Numbered from the stretch's first letter, positions 20,597 to 31,029 are shown. The stretch is 64,000 nucleotides of DNA from an uncultured delta proteobacterium (GCA_963771465.1 CAVYTU010000006.1:134588-198587), one strand, 5' to 3'. Numbers and translations are program-made. The notes: generated by a model not told the origin, from the letters alone.

Positions 20597-20703
20597 GATT
20601 TGGCCGAACCGGTTGGTCTACCTCTTCCATGGCTGCCATCGAAGAGGCTTGCTCATCTGAGCTCACATCGACAATATTGTGCGCTAGTAGGCTGGAGGAA
20701 TCC

Positions 20704-22281
20704 ATGAACCGCTCTTGCAGCATTCGCAGCATTTGCAAATTGGCTTTGGTCCTTTTTATTTCCTCGTTCAGTGCGCAAGCTGCGCATGCGGCAGCGGCGG
20801 AGCCGAAGCGCGGCGGCACTATCACCGTCGGCGTTACCCGCGACATTTCGGTCATGAACCCTTTGGTGGACACCGGTTCAACCCAGAAGCGAATTCGCGA
20901 TTTGATGTTCGAGCCGCTCTTGGCAATCGATCTCAAAGGCAACCTCCAGCCCGCACTGGCGGAAGGGTGGGAGGTTTCCAAGGACGGCAAGCTCTACACC
21001 ATCCGGCTGCGCAAGGGAGTGAAGTTTCACAATGGCCAGGAGATGACCGCCGAAGACGCAAAGTTCGCCATCGATTACAGCATGAACGCCAAGAATGGCG
21101 CGCGCGGCTTTGCCGAACTGTCTATCGTCGATCGCGCCGAGGCGCGTGACAAGTATACCCTAAACATTTACTTGAAAAGCTCTGCGCCCGGATTTAAATA
21201 CGCTCTCGCTCGAATCGAAACCTTTTCGGTCATCCCCAAAGAGTCGGTTGCAGAGGGCATGAAAAATCCAAACAGATTTCCTCCCGGCACCGGCCCTTTC
21301 AAATTTGTCGAATGGCAATCGCAGCAACGCATCGTCTTCGAACGATTCCCCGACTACTGGGGGCACAAAGCCTACGTCGATCGGGCGATCCTGCGGATTA
21401 TTGGCGACACCACGGTGGCTTTCACCGCGCTGCGCGCCGGCGATATCGATATGACGGAGAGGGCGCCCTACGAGTGGATCAAGGAAATTGGCGATGGAAA
21501 GCTCAAGGGCATTGGCTTCGCCGAATCGCGCTATTCCGCCGGTCGCGCCATCGAATTCAACGTCGCCGATCCACCCTTCAACAACAAGAAACTGCGTTTG
21601 GCCGTTGCCCATGCCATCGACCGCAAGGAAATTCTTCAGGCGGCTTACTTTGGCTTTGGCGAGCCGTCGGATCAAATTTATCCGAAGGGACACAAGTGGT
21701 ATTTCGAGGGCGTGCCGTCGCCTGCCTATGATCTCAATAAAGCCAGGGCATTGCTGAAGGAGGCGGGCTACAAGGGTGAGGAAATCGAAATGCTCGGCAG
21801 CATGGGCGGAACCCAGGAGGTCGAGATCGCAACGGTGCAGGCCCAACTAAAAAAAATCGGCATGAACATCAAGATCAGAATGGCGGAGCGTGGGTCCAAT
21901 GTTCAAATGCGGCGCAAGGGCCAATACGCTTTCAAGCTCTCCGGCGATCCCGGCGTCAATCCCAACCCCGTGGATCTTTACTTGCCGATCCATGCTTGTG
22001 AATCCGATCCGAGAAATCGCAATCAGAACGAATCCGGCTATTGCGACAAGGAGGTTGACGCGCTCTTGAAAGCAGCGGCCGAGGAACACGATGAAAAACA
22101 GTTGCGCGCCTTGATGCGAAAAGTCGTTGCCCGTTTGCAGGATGATGTGCCCACTGTGAATATCGGCCATACATCGCGCTTCTTCGCGCTGCGCGACCAC
22201 GTCAAAGGCTTTACGACTGCTTATGACGGAGAGTTCGTGTGGGGTGGTGGAGGATTGAATCGGGCCTGGCTAGATAAATGA
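20704..22281 (+). CDS. ABC peptide/nickel-type substrate-binding protein (family 5)
   Basis: PKRGGTI, LAEGWEVSKDG..LRKGVKFHNG, GTGPFKFVEW, LRLAVAHAIDR. Confidence 0.9.
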   Translation: MNRSCSIRSICKLALVLFISSFSAQAAHAAAAEPKRGGTITVGVTRDISVMNPLVDTGSTQKRIRDLMFEPLLAIDLKGNLQPALAEGWEVSKDGKLYTIRLRKGVKFHNGQEMTAEDAKFAIDYSMNAKNGARGFAELSIVDRAEARDKYTLNIYLKSSAPGFKYALARIETFSVIPKESVAEGMKNPNRFPPGTGPFKFVEWQSQQRIVFERFPDYWGHKAYVDRAILRIIGDTTVAFTALRAGDIDMTERAPYEWIKEIGDGKLKGIGFAESRYSAGRAIEFNVADPPFNNKKLRLAVAHAIDRKEILQAAYFGFGEPSDQIYPKGHKWYFEGVPSPAYDLNKARALLKEAGYKGEEIEMLGSMGGTQEVEIATVQAQLKKIGMNIKIRMAERGSNVQMRRKGQYAFKLSGDPGVNPNPVDLYLPIHACESDPRNRNQNESGYCDKEVDALLKAAAEEHDEKQLRALMRKVVARLQDDVPTVNIGHTSRFFALRDHVKGFTTAYDGEFVWGGGGLNRAWLDK

Positions 22282-22309
22282 AAAGTGATATGGCGCGAGC
22301 TGTTAAATT

Positions 22310-22331
22310 CCGATGGGAGATACTCCATCGG
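22310..22331 (+). terminator. Hairpin after the SBP gene (possible terminator)
   Basis: CCGATGG-gagatact-CCATCGG; weak U-tail. Confidence 0.3.
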
Positions 22332-22637
22332 TTGCGTCGTCACTATTAGTGCTAGCCCGGATCATTCGCGGTAAGAAAGCGATCGAGGTGCAACCCTTCC
22401 GGAACGAAGGCAAGGCAGTTGTGCCTTGAAGATGCATACGATACGAGTTGCTGATGAGATCAACAGTGACAAGGTCAAACATGGTGCTTCTCTCGTTGCA
22501 TGAATAATCCGGCCTAGCTTTCGACGGTGGAACGACAGGAACTGCTGAACATTCGCTTTGCAATATTTTTATTCGCGCCAGCTTAGTTTAATCTATTGTC
22601 GCCGCGTAACCCGCGAACCGAAACTTAGTATGGAGGA

Positions 22638-23780
22638 ATGATGGACTACACGCGTTTTGCTCACGTGAGACCCACGCCTTTTGAAACCTGGGTCCAAGCC
22701 GAAGGGCTGAAAGTAATTACGACGCACACCGTCCCCGATGTTTTAACCGTAGAGCTGGAACCCTGGAAGCGAACCGGCTGCTTGGGCGCGCTGCTGGATA
22801 TGACCCATGACCCGTCGGAGAAAGCCATGATCAACAACCAGGGAACCACTCGCTATATTGTCGAGATCCCGCCGGGGGGCACCTTCAAGCCGGAAAAGCA
22901 CATGTACGAGGAAATCTTCTACGTCGTGAAGGGGCGCGGCGCCACCGTTGTCTGGAACGAAGGAACACCCAAACTGACCTTCGAATGGGAAGAGGACGCC
23001 GTCTTTGCCATACCCTTGAATACGTGGCACGAGATCCACAACGGCAGCGGATCGGAATCCGTTCGCCTCTACGCGGCGAGCAACATGCCGACGCCCTTCA
23101 ATCTCTACGGCAGCCCGGAATTCATTTTTAACTGCGCCAATACTTTCAACGATCGTTTCGACCCCAATGACGAAACGTTTTTCAATCGCAAGGCGACGAA
23201 GCTTGAGGATCGGCTATTGCAATCGAATTTCATTCCCAGCGTGACAAAGTTGGCTCTCGACAATTGGGCATACCGCGGGCCAGGGACCAATATGCATGTC
23301 CTGATGTCCGGCGGCCGCTTTGTTTGCCATGTGTCGGAGTTTCCGCCGGCGTCCTACAAGAAGGGGCACGGCTTCGTGGACGGGCAGGCAACCGGCGGTC
23401 GCAACAGAACCGGTCTCACCAACGAGAACAGCTATCTTTTTCTCAGCGGCGAAGGCTACGACCTGCAGTGGAAGCCGGGAGTAATGCCGGGGCCGGGAGT
23501 ACCCTTCGAGCGGTTCAATTTCAAAAGGGGGTCGCTGATGACCAACGGTCAGGCGGGCCATCAGCATTTCAACCCGAGCAATGAAGCCGCGCGATATCTC
23601 GTCCTGCGCTATGGCAACGATCGTTTCGGTCTGCGCGAAGGGCAAATGCCAGCAGGCAAGAATCCGGAGCGCTGGCGCAGGCCGCAGATCGAGTACAAGG
23701 AAGAGCAGCCAGAAATCCGCCCTTTGTTCGAGGAAGAGTGCCGAAAGCGCGGCGTCACATCCAGGATGTCCGACTTATGA
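22638..23780 (+). CDS. Bicupin-domain protein
   Basis: KHMYEEIFYVVKGRG..IPLNTWHEIHN, plus a second cupin-like half with HQHFN..ARYL. Confidence 0.75.
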   Translation: MMDYTRFAHVRPTPFETWVQAEGLKVITTHTVPDVLTVELEPWKRTGCLGALLDMTHDPSEKAMINNQGTTRYIVEIPPGGTFKPEKHMYEEIFYVVKGRGATVVWNEGTPKLTFEWEEDAVFAIPLNTWHEIHNGSGSESVRLYAASNMPTPFNLYGSPEFIFNCANTFNDRFDPNDETFFNRKATKLEDRLLQSNFIPSVTKLALDNWAYRGPGTNMHVLMSGGRFVCHVSEFPPASYKKGHGFVDGQATGGRNRTGLTNENSYLFLSGEGYDLQWKPGVMPGPGVPFERFNFKRGSLMTNGQAGHQHFNPSNEAARYLVLRYGNDRFGLREGQMPAGKNPERWRRPQIEYKEEQPEIRPLFEEECRKRGVTSRMSDL

Positions 23781-23940
23781 GAGCACCGCGCGAGGGGTGA
23801 AATTCAGAACCGCGACAACAACGTGAAACAACTTAGTGCCTTTCATTAGGCAAATGATATATGGCTATAGCGGGATGGCGCGGCCGGAGATTGGCCGGTC
23901 TCTCTCTTTCCAATCGGCAATCTAAACACGGAGGTGATTC

Positions 23941-24708
23941 ATGGCACAGCGAGTTTGGGATCAATATTTAACCGAACGAGACCGGGCGCATTTGGCGATG
24001 CGGCCGCCGCGCCGGCGCGGTTTCGGCGAGAAGCCGGCTTTGCTCCTCATCGATCTCTATCGCTGGGTCTTCGGCGACAAACCGGAACCTATTTTAGAAG
24101 CGATGAAAAAATGGCCGAGTAGCTGTGGCCTGGATGGGTGGAACGCTGTCCCACAAATTCAAAAACTTTTAGCTAAGGCGCGCGAGGTGGCCATTCCGAT
24201 CGTGCACATGACGGGGTTGGATGGCGCCGGTGTGGTGTCGCGCTCGCCCCAGCGTGAGGCGGGCCTTCAGGGCGATCGAGACCCTGAAGCACAAGACCGC
24301 CTCAGGCGCCGCTTCGATATTATCGACGAGGTAGCGCCGCTGCCCGGCGAGGCGGTGCTGCGCAAGGCTTCTCCCAGCGCATTCTGGGGTACGCCGCTGG
24401 TGGGACATCTCAATGCGCTCCATATCGACACGATTATTACTTGCGGCGAGAGCACAAGCGGATGCGTGCGCGCCAGCGTCGTTGATGGATCCACTTATCG
24501 TTTCCGGATGGTGGTCGCGGAGGAATGCGTGTTTGATCGTCACCAGGCGACGCACGCTATGAATCTATTCGACATGAATCAAAAGTATGCCGAGGTCTTG
24601 GCGCTGCAGGAGGTGTTGGACTATTTAGACCGTTTAGCGCCGCCGGCCGCGCGGCGGTCAAATCAATCAGTAGGGAAACAGGATCAAACTGAGGCTAGCT
24701 CACTCTGA
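23941..24708 (+). CDS. Isochorismatase-family amidohydrolase (maleamate/N-carbamoylsarcosine amidase-like)
   Basis: GFGEKPALLLID, K.SPSAFWGT, GESTSGCVRASVVD, NLFDMNQKY. Confidence 0.85.
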   Translation: MAQRVWDQYLTERDRAHLAMRPPRRRGFGEKPALLLIDLYRWVFGDKPEPILEAMKKWPSSCGLDGWNAVPQIQKLLAKAREVAIPIVHMTGLDGAGVVSRSPQREAGLQGDRDPEAQDRLRRRFDIIDEVAPLPGEAVLRKASPSAFWGTPLVGHLNALHIDTIITCGESTSGCVRASVVDGSTYRFRMVVAEECVFDRHQATHAMNLFDMNQKYAEVLALQEVLDYLDRLAPPAARRSNQSVGKQDQTEASSL

Positions 24709-24771
24709 CCTCTCCGCCATCTTCGTCGCAACGCGCAGATGTGAAACTCACACCGGAAGAGGAAAACAACA

Positions 24772-25878
24772 ATGACGCAATTCGAGCCATTACGCGTAGG
24801 TCTCATTGGAGCTGGTGGTAGATGGGGGCCGCGGGCGCATGTGCCGGCGCTGAAGGGCGTGGCCGAAGCCGAGCTTTATGCCGTGTGCACAGCGCATGCG
24901 GATACCGCGCAGGCGGCGGCTGATAAGTTCGGCGTGACGCGCGCGTACGGCAGCGACAAGGCGTTGCACGCCGACCCGCAAGTCGAAGCCGTGGCGGTCG
25001 CGGTGCGCGTGCCGGCGCACTATGAGCTTAGCAAAAATGCCATTGAAGCGGGCAAGCACGTTTTCTGCGAATGGCCCCTCGGTGCGAATACCAAAGAGGC
25101 CGAAGAACTGGCGGCGTTGGCGCGCCAGAAAAACGTCCGCACCATGGTCGGCTTGCAGCGCCGCGCGTCGCCCGCTTATCTATACATGCGCGAACTGATC
25201 CAGCAAGGGTACGTCGGCCAGGTGCTGTCGGTGAACCTGACGCTGATGAACAGCGGCGTGTTGACCCGGCCCTCGGATCGCACCTGGCAGCGCGATGTGA
25301 CACTGGGCGCGAACACGCTGACGATTACCTTCGGTCACGTGCTTGATGCCATGTGCATGGTGGTCGGCGAGCTGACCGAAGTGTCCGCCATCGTTGCCAC
25401 GCAAGTGCCGCAGTGGTTCGAGACCGATACGAAAAAATATGTTGATGTCACCTCGCCCGACAACATCATGGTTCATGGCCGGCTCGAAAACGGTGCCATC
25501 GTCAATGCCTACACCGGCGTGCATCCGTACCACGGCAGCGGCCACCGCTTGGAGATTTACGGCAAGGACGGCACGCTGTCGATGATCGGTGGCGGCGAGG
25601 GCGGCGAGGAGCGCCGGCGCAAGGTCATGGGGGGACGCAAAGACGACAAGGCGCTGAAAGAGTTGCCCGTGCCGGAACAATTCACCTGGGTGCCGCAAGC
25701 CGTGCGCGAAGGCGGTGCCGCCTACGACGTGGGCCAGATGTGGGTCAAGTTTGCCCAAGCGATACGCACGGGCTCGAATATTGAATCCGACTTCGATCAC
25801 GCGCTGCGCCGCCACCGAACGTTGGATGCCATCGTGCGCGCTTCACAGACCGGGCAACGGCAAAAAGTTGTCTTGTAG
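24772..25878 (+). CDS. Gfo/Idh/MocA family oxidoreductase
   Basis: RVGLIGAG, AGKHVFCEWPL, VGLQRR, FGHVLD. Confidence 0.9.
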   Translation: MTQFEPLRVGLIGAGGRWGPRAHVPALKGVAEAELYAVCTAHADTAQAAADKFGVTRAYGSDKALHADPQVEAVAVAVRVPAHYELSKNAIEAGKHVFCEWPLGANTKEAEELAALARQKNVRTMVGLQRRASPAYLYMRELIQQGYVGQVLSVNLTLMNSGVLTRPSDRTWQRDVTLGANTLTITFGHVLDAMCMVVGELTEVSAIVATQVPQWFETDTKKYVDVTSPDNIMVHGRLENGAIVNAYTGVHPYHGSGHRLEIYGKDGTLSMIGGGEGGEERRRKVMGGRKDDKALKELPVPEQFTWVPQAVREGGAAYDVGQMWVKFAQAIRTGSNIESDFDHALRRHRTLDAIVRASQTGQRQKVVL

Positions 25879-26064
25879 GTCGATCAGCTAGGGCGACCTC
25901 TCCCGTAACGGCCGCACTCGGCGCGTATGCTCGTTCATTCCAACGATAAAGTGTGATTGCTTGACCTGGCCGCGAAGTCCTTTGACAGCGTGTCTTGAGT
26001 GCTCCGGATGCGAATCAGCCGATTGTTCGGTGCAATTATTTTCCGCGACAATGGGGACAATTTA

Positions 26065-27126
26065 ATGCTGGCAAAGAATAGTCTTCCATCCCTGAGGTTT
26101 CTTGCGGCCGCTCTGTGGATCTATCTCTTCGTCTCAGCGGGATTGGCCTGGGCACAGCCCGCTTATTATCAAGGGAAGACCCTGACGATTCTCCGCGGTG
26201 GAACGCCGGGCGGTTACGGCGATTTACAGGCCCGCGCCCTGATTCCGTACTTAAAAAAATATATTCCTGGCGAACCCACCATCATTGTCGAGCACAAGCA
26301 GGGTGCCGCTGGTCGAACCGCGGCAAACTACATTTACTCCGGGGCTAAACCGGATGGGCTCATGATCGGGGCCATCGGTAACGTTCTGGTCGCCGGGCCG
26401 ATCCTTGGCTTGGAGGGAAGTAACTACGATCTGGACAAGCTGATTTATCTCGGCTCCACGGAAAGCGGTAGTCCCACGTCATTCGTCACTCGAAAAGAGG
26501 CCGGATTCTCCAGTCTGGAGAAGCTACGCGGCGCCGCGGGGATTCGCATCGGCGCCAACTCGGTGGGACATATCACCTACATCAACGGGCGCCTCGCCGC
26601 ATATTTGCTGGGATTGAAGGAGCCAAAATTCGTGGTCGGTTACTCATCTCCGGAGCGCGACGTGGCGCTGCTGCAAGGAGAGGTGGACGGCGGATCCATG
26701 TCGAGCGCAACGATCCAGCAAAATCCTTCCCTGATGGATAAGGTGCACTTTCACACCATCATCACCGTGCCCAAGGGCCGATACATTCCACCCTACACGC
26801 GGGACACGGCCGAAATCGATAGCTTTGCCAAGAGCGAGAAGGAACATCGGTTGCTAAGCTTGTATCGGGCGTTCGACTATCCGCGCTGGCCTTACATCGT
26901 GCCACCTGGCACGCCGAAAGAGCTGGTAAATATTTTGCGCGACGCCATGGTGAAATCATTCAAAGATCCCGGCTTCGCCAAGGAATTTAAAAAACTCACG
27001 GGTGTCGATCCCTCGCCCATCACAGCGGAAGCGATAGAGGCGGCGATAAAAGAACTACCGCGTGACGCCGAGACGATTGCGCTCTACAAGCACCTCGCCG
27101 ACCACCGCCCGATGCCGCCGCGCTGA
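26065..27126 (+). CDS. Bug/TctC-like substrate-binding protein
   Basis: YYQGKTL, YIPGEPTI..AANYIY..PDGL, VPPGTPKE; third paralog in the window. Confidence 0.8.
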   Translation: MLAKNSLPSLRFLAAALWIYLFVSAGLAWAQPAYYQGKTLTILRGGTPGGYGDLQARALIPYLKKYIPGEPTIIVEHKQGAAGRTAANYIYSGAKPDGLMIGAIGNVLVAGPILGLEGSNYDLDKLIYLGSTESGSPTSFVTRKEAGFSSLEKLRGAAGIRIGANSVGHITYINGRLAAYLLGLKEPKFVVGYSSPERDVALLQGEVDGGSMSSATIQQNPSLMDKVHFHTIITVPKGRYIPPYTRDTAEIDSFAKSEKEHRLLSLYRAFDYPRWPYIVPPGTPKELVNILRDAMVKSFKDPGFAKEFKKLTGVDPSPITAEAIEAAIKELPRDAETIALYKHLADHRPMPPR

Positions 27127-27385
27127 CAGCGAAGCGTATTTGCACGATTGGAAGGAAAGCACTTGAGATGAAACGGTCGATTCGCGGGTCGAATCTTTGC
27201 CGGTGACATTCTTACGAAACCAAACCCTAGTGTGGCTTCATCCCATCCGTGTATTACGGAGCGATATTTGTTTGCCCACCAAGACTTCGTCCAGCAAGGA
27301 GGCACCGATCAATTATGCCGCTTGATAAGGGGATGCGACTAGGATATTCGAGCGGTTAATCAGATTAGAAAGCGAGCGGCATAAC

Positions 27386-28108
27386 ATGTACTACGGATCG
27401 CGTGGAATTGTCGGGTTGGTTAAGCCGACTTATCGGCCGGGGTCGATGGAGAGTTTTATCAAGCTGATGCCGGAAGGCGTCGGTTTTATTCCCGCGCATG
27501 CCGGTATCCGGGCGGGGAATGAGAAGGAGCTGCAAGACGCCTTGACGGTGGCGGAAAAGAAAGTCGCGCGCTTGGCTGAGCTCGGCGCGGACGTGGTGAT
27601 GATCATGGGCGCGCCGCCGACCATGGTGCGCGGCCATGGGGCGGATCGGGAGATCGCCGATTCGCTGACCAAGAAATACAAGATTCCGGTCACCGTCGCG
27701 ACGATCGCGCAGGTGGATGCGTTTCGCGCATTGGGCATGAAGACGCTGGTCGGTATCACTTATTTTCAAGACGACATGAACGACCGCTTCGCCAAGTTCC
27801 TGCGCGACGACGGCTTCGTCGTCAACGCCATGAAGGGTATCGAAGTGCCGTTCAAGGACGCCGGCAAGCTGGCGCCGGAAGCGATTTACAATTTCGCCAA
27901 GAAAGTATTTCTGGAACATGGACCGGCGGACGGTATCTATATGCTCGGCGCCGGCTGGCACAATCTGCCGGTGATCGAGATGCTGGAGAAGGATTTGAAG
28001 ACCACCGTGCTGTCGAGCATTCCCGCGCAGGTGTGGGCGACCAAGAAGATTCTAAATTTGAACGAGCCAGTTCAAGGCTACGGACGGCTGTTGGCGGAGA
28101 TGCCATGA
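27386..28108 (+). CDS. Maleate isomerase/arylmalonate decarboxylase (Asp/Glu racemase superfamily)-fold protein lacking cysteines
   Basis: GIVGLVKP, A..AFRALG, ADGIY, VIEMLEKDL..VLSS..QVW, GYGRLL. Confidence 0.75.
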   Translation: MYYGSRGIVGLVKPTYRPGSMESFIKLMPEGVGFIPAHAGIRAGNEKELQDALTVAEKKVARLAELGADVVMIMGAPPTMVRGHGADREIADSLTKKYKIPVTVATIAQVDAFRALGMKTLVGITYFQDDMNDRFAKFLRDDGFVVNAMKGIEVPFKDAGKLAPEAIYNFAKKVFLEHGPADGIYMLGAGWHNLPVIEMLEKDLKTTVLSSIPAQVWATKKILNLNEPVQGYGRLLAEMP

Positions 28109-29140
28109 AGAATCATTTCATGGGATGCTGGAGTAATTGCCGTAATGGCGAAGACTTGCGAACGCTGGCCGCGATAGCGGTTTTATTAATGGCGTCCAGC
28201 GCCATCGCGCAGGACGTCAGGACGCTCGCTGAGGCGGAAGGAAAGTTGATGTTTTACGCTTCCTTCAACGCCACCGACACGAAGTTGCTGATCGATGGCT
28301 TCAAGCAGCTCTATCCCAAAATCGACGCGACTTTTTACCGAGCCACCGACGCGCAATTGATGGAGCGCATCCTCACCGAGGGACGCGCTGGCCGAAAGAT
28401 TTGGGACGTGATGATGAGTTCGAGCTTCTATGGCTACAATTTGAAGAAACGCGGCATGCTGATGGCCTACGATTCTCCCGAGCGAAAATTTTATCGCGAC
28501 GGCTACAAAGATCCGCAAGGGACGTGGACGTCGATCTTCACAAATTACGGCGCGTTCGGTTACAACACGCGCAATGTTCCGAAGGCGAGCATTCCCAAAA
28601 GCTACAACGATTTGCTCAAGCCGGAATGGAAGGGCAACATCGGCATCGATAGTCGGGCTTATGAATGGTTCGGCACGATGGTCAAGGCGATGGGCGATGA
28701 AAAGGGATTAGCTTACATGCGCGAGTTGGCCAAGCAGGCCGGCTTGCGCAATGGCCGGACGATTCTCTCGCAACTGGTTGCTGCCGGAGAATACAAAGGT
28801 GCCTTGAGCGCCTATTCAGCGCAAATTCGAACAGATGAAAACCAACGGCGCGCCGACGGACTGGGTTTATTTGAATCCGGTTTTTGCTAACATTCATCCC
28901 ACCGGCATCTCCGCCAAAGCGCCCCATCCCAACGCAGGCAAGTTGTTCGTTGATTTCGTCCTGTCCAAGCGCGGCCAGGAGTTGGTTCGCAGCATGAACC
29001 GCATCCCCGACCGCATCGACACGCCGCCGGAGCAACCGCGCTTCATCGAAGGCGTCAAGCCCGCGTTTGCACCTAACGAAGTGCTGGAAAACTTCGAAGG
29101 CTACGCCAAAACCTTTCACGAAATCTTCGGCGGGCGGTAA
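28105..29140 (+). CDS. ABC substrate-binding protein (Fe3+/polyamine class), +1 frameshift near 28816-28826
   Basis: AEAEGKLMFY, PKSYNDLLKPEWKG. The C-terminus (GAPTDW..APHPNAGKLFVDFVLS) is in the next frame. ATGA overlap with the upstream gene. Confidence 0.8.
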
Positions 29141-29195
29141 CGCGCGAAGCGCGCGTCCAATGTGAAGCTGGAAGATTTTCTCGGGCAGGGATTTG

Positions 29196-29274
29196 CACCA
29201 CGAAGGCACGAAGGACACGAAGGTTTTGAAAAAACTCAATTCCGAACTTCGTGCTCTTCGTGTTCTTCGTGGTG
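29196..29274. repeat. Tandem-repeat hairpin B: 9-nt unit (CACGAAGNN) arms, ATTCCGAA core
   Basis: caccacgaaggcacgaaggacacgaagg...attccgaa-cttcgtgctcttcgtgttcttcgtggtg. Confidence 0.85.
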
Positions 29275-29293
29275 AATCCATAGGGTCGTAGAT

Positions 29294-30070
29294 ATGAAAG
29301 TCGTCGTTCACAGCGTTACCAAAGAGTTCGTTACCGCCACGGGGACGACGCGGGCGATCGGCGGCGTCAATCTTGAGGTGCGCGACCGGGAGTTCTTCGG
29401 CATCATCGGCCCCACGGGCTGCGGCAAGACGACGCTATTGCACATCATTGCCGGTTTGGAAAAACCGACCCAGGGCACGGTCGAATTCGTCGGCGAGAAA
29501 CGGACGAAATCGATGGTGTCGATGGTGTTTCAAGAATCGGCGCTGATGCCGTGGCGCACGGTTGAAGAAAATGTTCCGCTCGGCGCGGAATTTCGCCAAG
29601 AAGAACCGTCGGTTTATAAAAGGGTGAGCCGGTTTTTTCTCGAAGTCGTCAAGTTGCTGGACTTCGCCGGCGCGCAGACCCATGAGCTGTCGGGCGGCAT
29701 GAAGCAGAAAGTTGCCATCGCGCGCGCCCTGGCCAATGATCCGGAAGTTATCTTGATGGACGAGCCTTTCGCCAGCTTGGATGCGCAGACTCGCTTGCTC
29801 ATGCGCGAGGAGCTGTTGCGTATCTGGGAGCGCGACAAGAAGACCGTTATTCTCGTGACGCACAATTTGGATGAGGCCGTGATGCTGTGCGACCGCATCG
29901 CGGTAATGAGCGCCCGTCCGGGATTGATCAAGAGCGTCGTCACCGTCGATGTGCCGCGGCCGCGCACGATGAAAAGCATGAAAGATCCCGATTTCTCCAT
30001 CTGCATGGATAAGATCTGGAACCTGCTCAAGCACGATGTCGAGCACGCGCTGGATCGCGCCCGGCCGTGA
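29294..30070 (+). CDS. ABC transporter ATP-binding protein (SsuB/TauB class)
   Basis: Walker A GPTGCGKT, signature LSGGMKQ, Walker B ILMDEPF, VTH. Confidence 0.92.
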   Translation: MKVVVHSVTKEFVTATGTTRAIGGVNLEVRDREFFGIIGPTGCGKTTLLHIIAGLEKPTQGTVEFVGEKRTKSMVSMVFQESALMPWRTVEENVPLGAEFRQEEPSVYKRVSRFFLEVVKLLDFAGAQTHELSGGMKQKVAIARALANDPEVILMDEPFASLDAQTRLLMREELLRIWERDKKTVILVTHNLDEAVMLCDRIAVMSARPGLIKSVVTVDVPRPRTMKSMKDPDFSICMDKIWNLLKHDVEHALDRARP

Positions 30071-30120
30071 CGCGATAGAGTGAGCTGCAAGCGAAAACGA
30101 TCAGAGATTTAGCCGCAAAA

Positions 30121-30145
30121 GCTTGTCCTGAGCGCAGGCGAAGGA
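30121..30145. repeat. REP-like motif GCTTGTCCTGAGCGCAGGCGAAGGA
   Basis: Intergenic imperfect palindrome related to 15785-15807. Confidence 0.4.
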
Positions 30146-30275
30146 ACTTCCGTTGCGCCAAAGTCACAATACAAAATTCAGATTTGTCGGGGTCGGTTGC
30201 AAACTCGCCCTGATTACTTGCAATTCTTTTTCCAATCACTAAAGTTGGGCGAAACATCCACTCACGGAAGGAGTC

Positions 30276-31001
30276 TTGATGAATCTCTGGGTTGCAAAAC
30301 AATTTCGCTCGCTGGTTGTTCTTTTCTCGATGGCTGTGCTCGCGGCATGCTCGGCATCGGCCCCGGATTACACGGCGATCGTTGCCAGCGCGGACCGTCC
30401 GGCCAACGAGCGCGAACTTGACGCGACGCGCAAGCCGGCTGAAGTGATGGCTTTTTACGGTGTGAAGCGAGGCGATAAAGTCGCCGATCTTTGGGCCGGC
30501 CGCGGTTACTATACGGCGATTCTTTCCGAGATCGTCGGCCCCGAAGGTGTCGTATATTCCGTCAATCCAACATCGCGCGACGAGATCAATCAGCGCTGGA
30601 AGGCGCCGAAATTCGCCAACGTCAAAATCGCCGATGGGCCATTCGATAAGATCGCGCTGCCGCAAGACGCGTCTCTGGATTTTGTCCTGATTCATCTCAA
30701 TTACCATGACGTCGATCCGGGCGTGCGCGTCGCGATGAATAAACGGATTATCGCCTCGCTCAAACGCGGCGGCATTTTCGCGGTGGTCGATCATTCGGCG
30801 AAAGAGGGCTCGGGCAATGAAGCAAACAAGACGCTCCATCGCATCGACAGGCTCCAAGTGATCAAGGAAGTCACGGCCGCCGGATTCGGCCTGGCGAAGG
30901 AAGGCACCATGCTGCGCCAGCCGGAGGACCCGCGCGATTTCAGCGTTACCAAAGAACGCAACAAAGACGATCGTTTCGTGTTGGCTTTCCAAAAACCATA
31001 A
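30276..31001 (+). CDS. Predicted class I methyltransferase-fold lipoprotein (COG4798-like)
   Basis: Lipobox LAAC, D..RKPAEVMAF, VADLWAGRGYYT, LKRGG..VVDH, LHRID, DRFVLAF.KP. Confidence 0.8.
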   Translation: MMNLWVAKQFRSLVVLFSMAVLAACSASAPDYTAIVASADRPANERELDATRKPAEVMAFYGVKRGDKVADLWAGRGYYTAILSEIVGPEGVVYSVNPTSRDEINQRWKAPKFANVKIADGPFDKIALPQDASLDFVLIHLNYHDVDPGVRVAMNKRIIASLKRGGIFAVVDHSAKEGSGNEANKTLHRIDRLQVIKEVTAAGFGLAKEGTMLRQPEDPRDFSVTKERNKDDRFVLAFQKP

Positions 31002-31029
31002 TTTCCTATTCACCCGAAGGAGAATTCCA

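Noticed and set aside
22303-22563. Small minus-strand ORF (MFDLVTVDL...)
   Set aside because: No recognisable motif and only a weak RBS, so it cannot be supported.
30027-31013. Long antisense ORFs (e.g. 30027..31013, 50742..51761, 56171..56950)
   Set aside because: They lie opposite well-supported genes, which is typical of GC-rich DNA.
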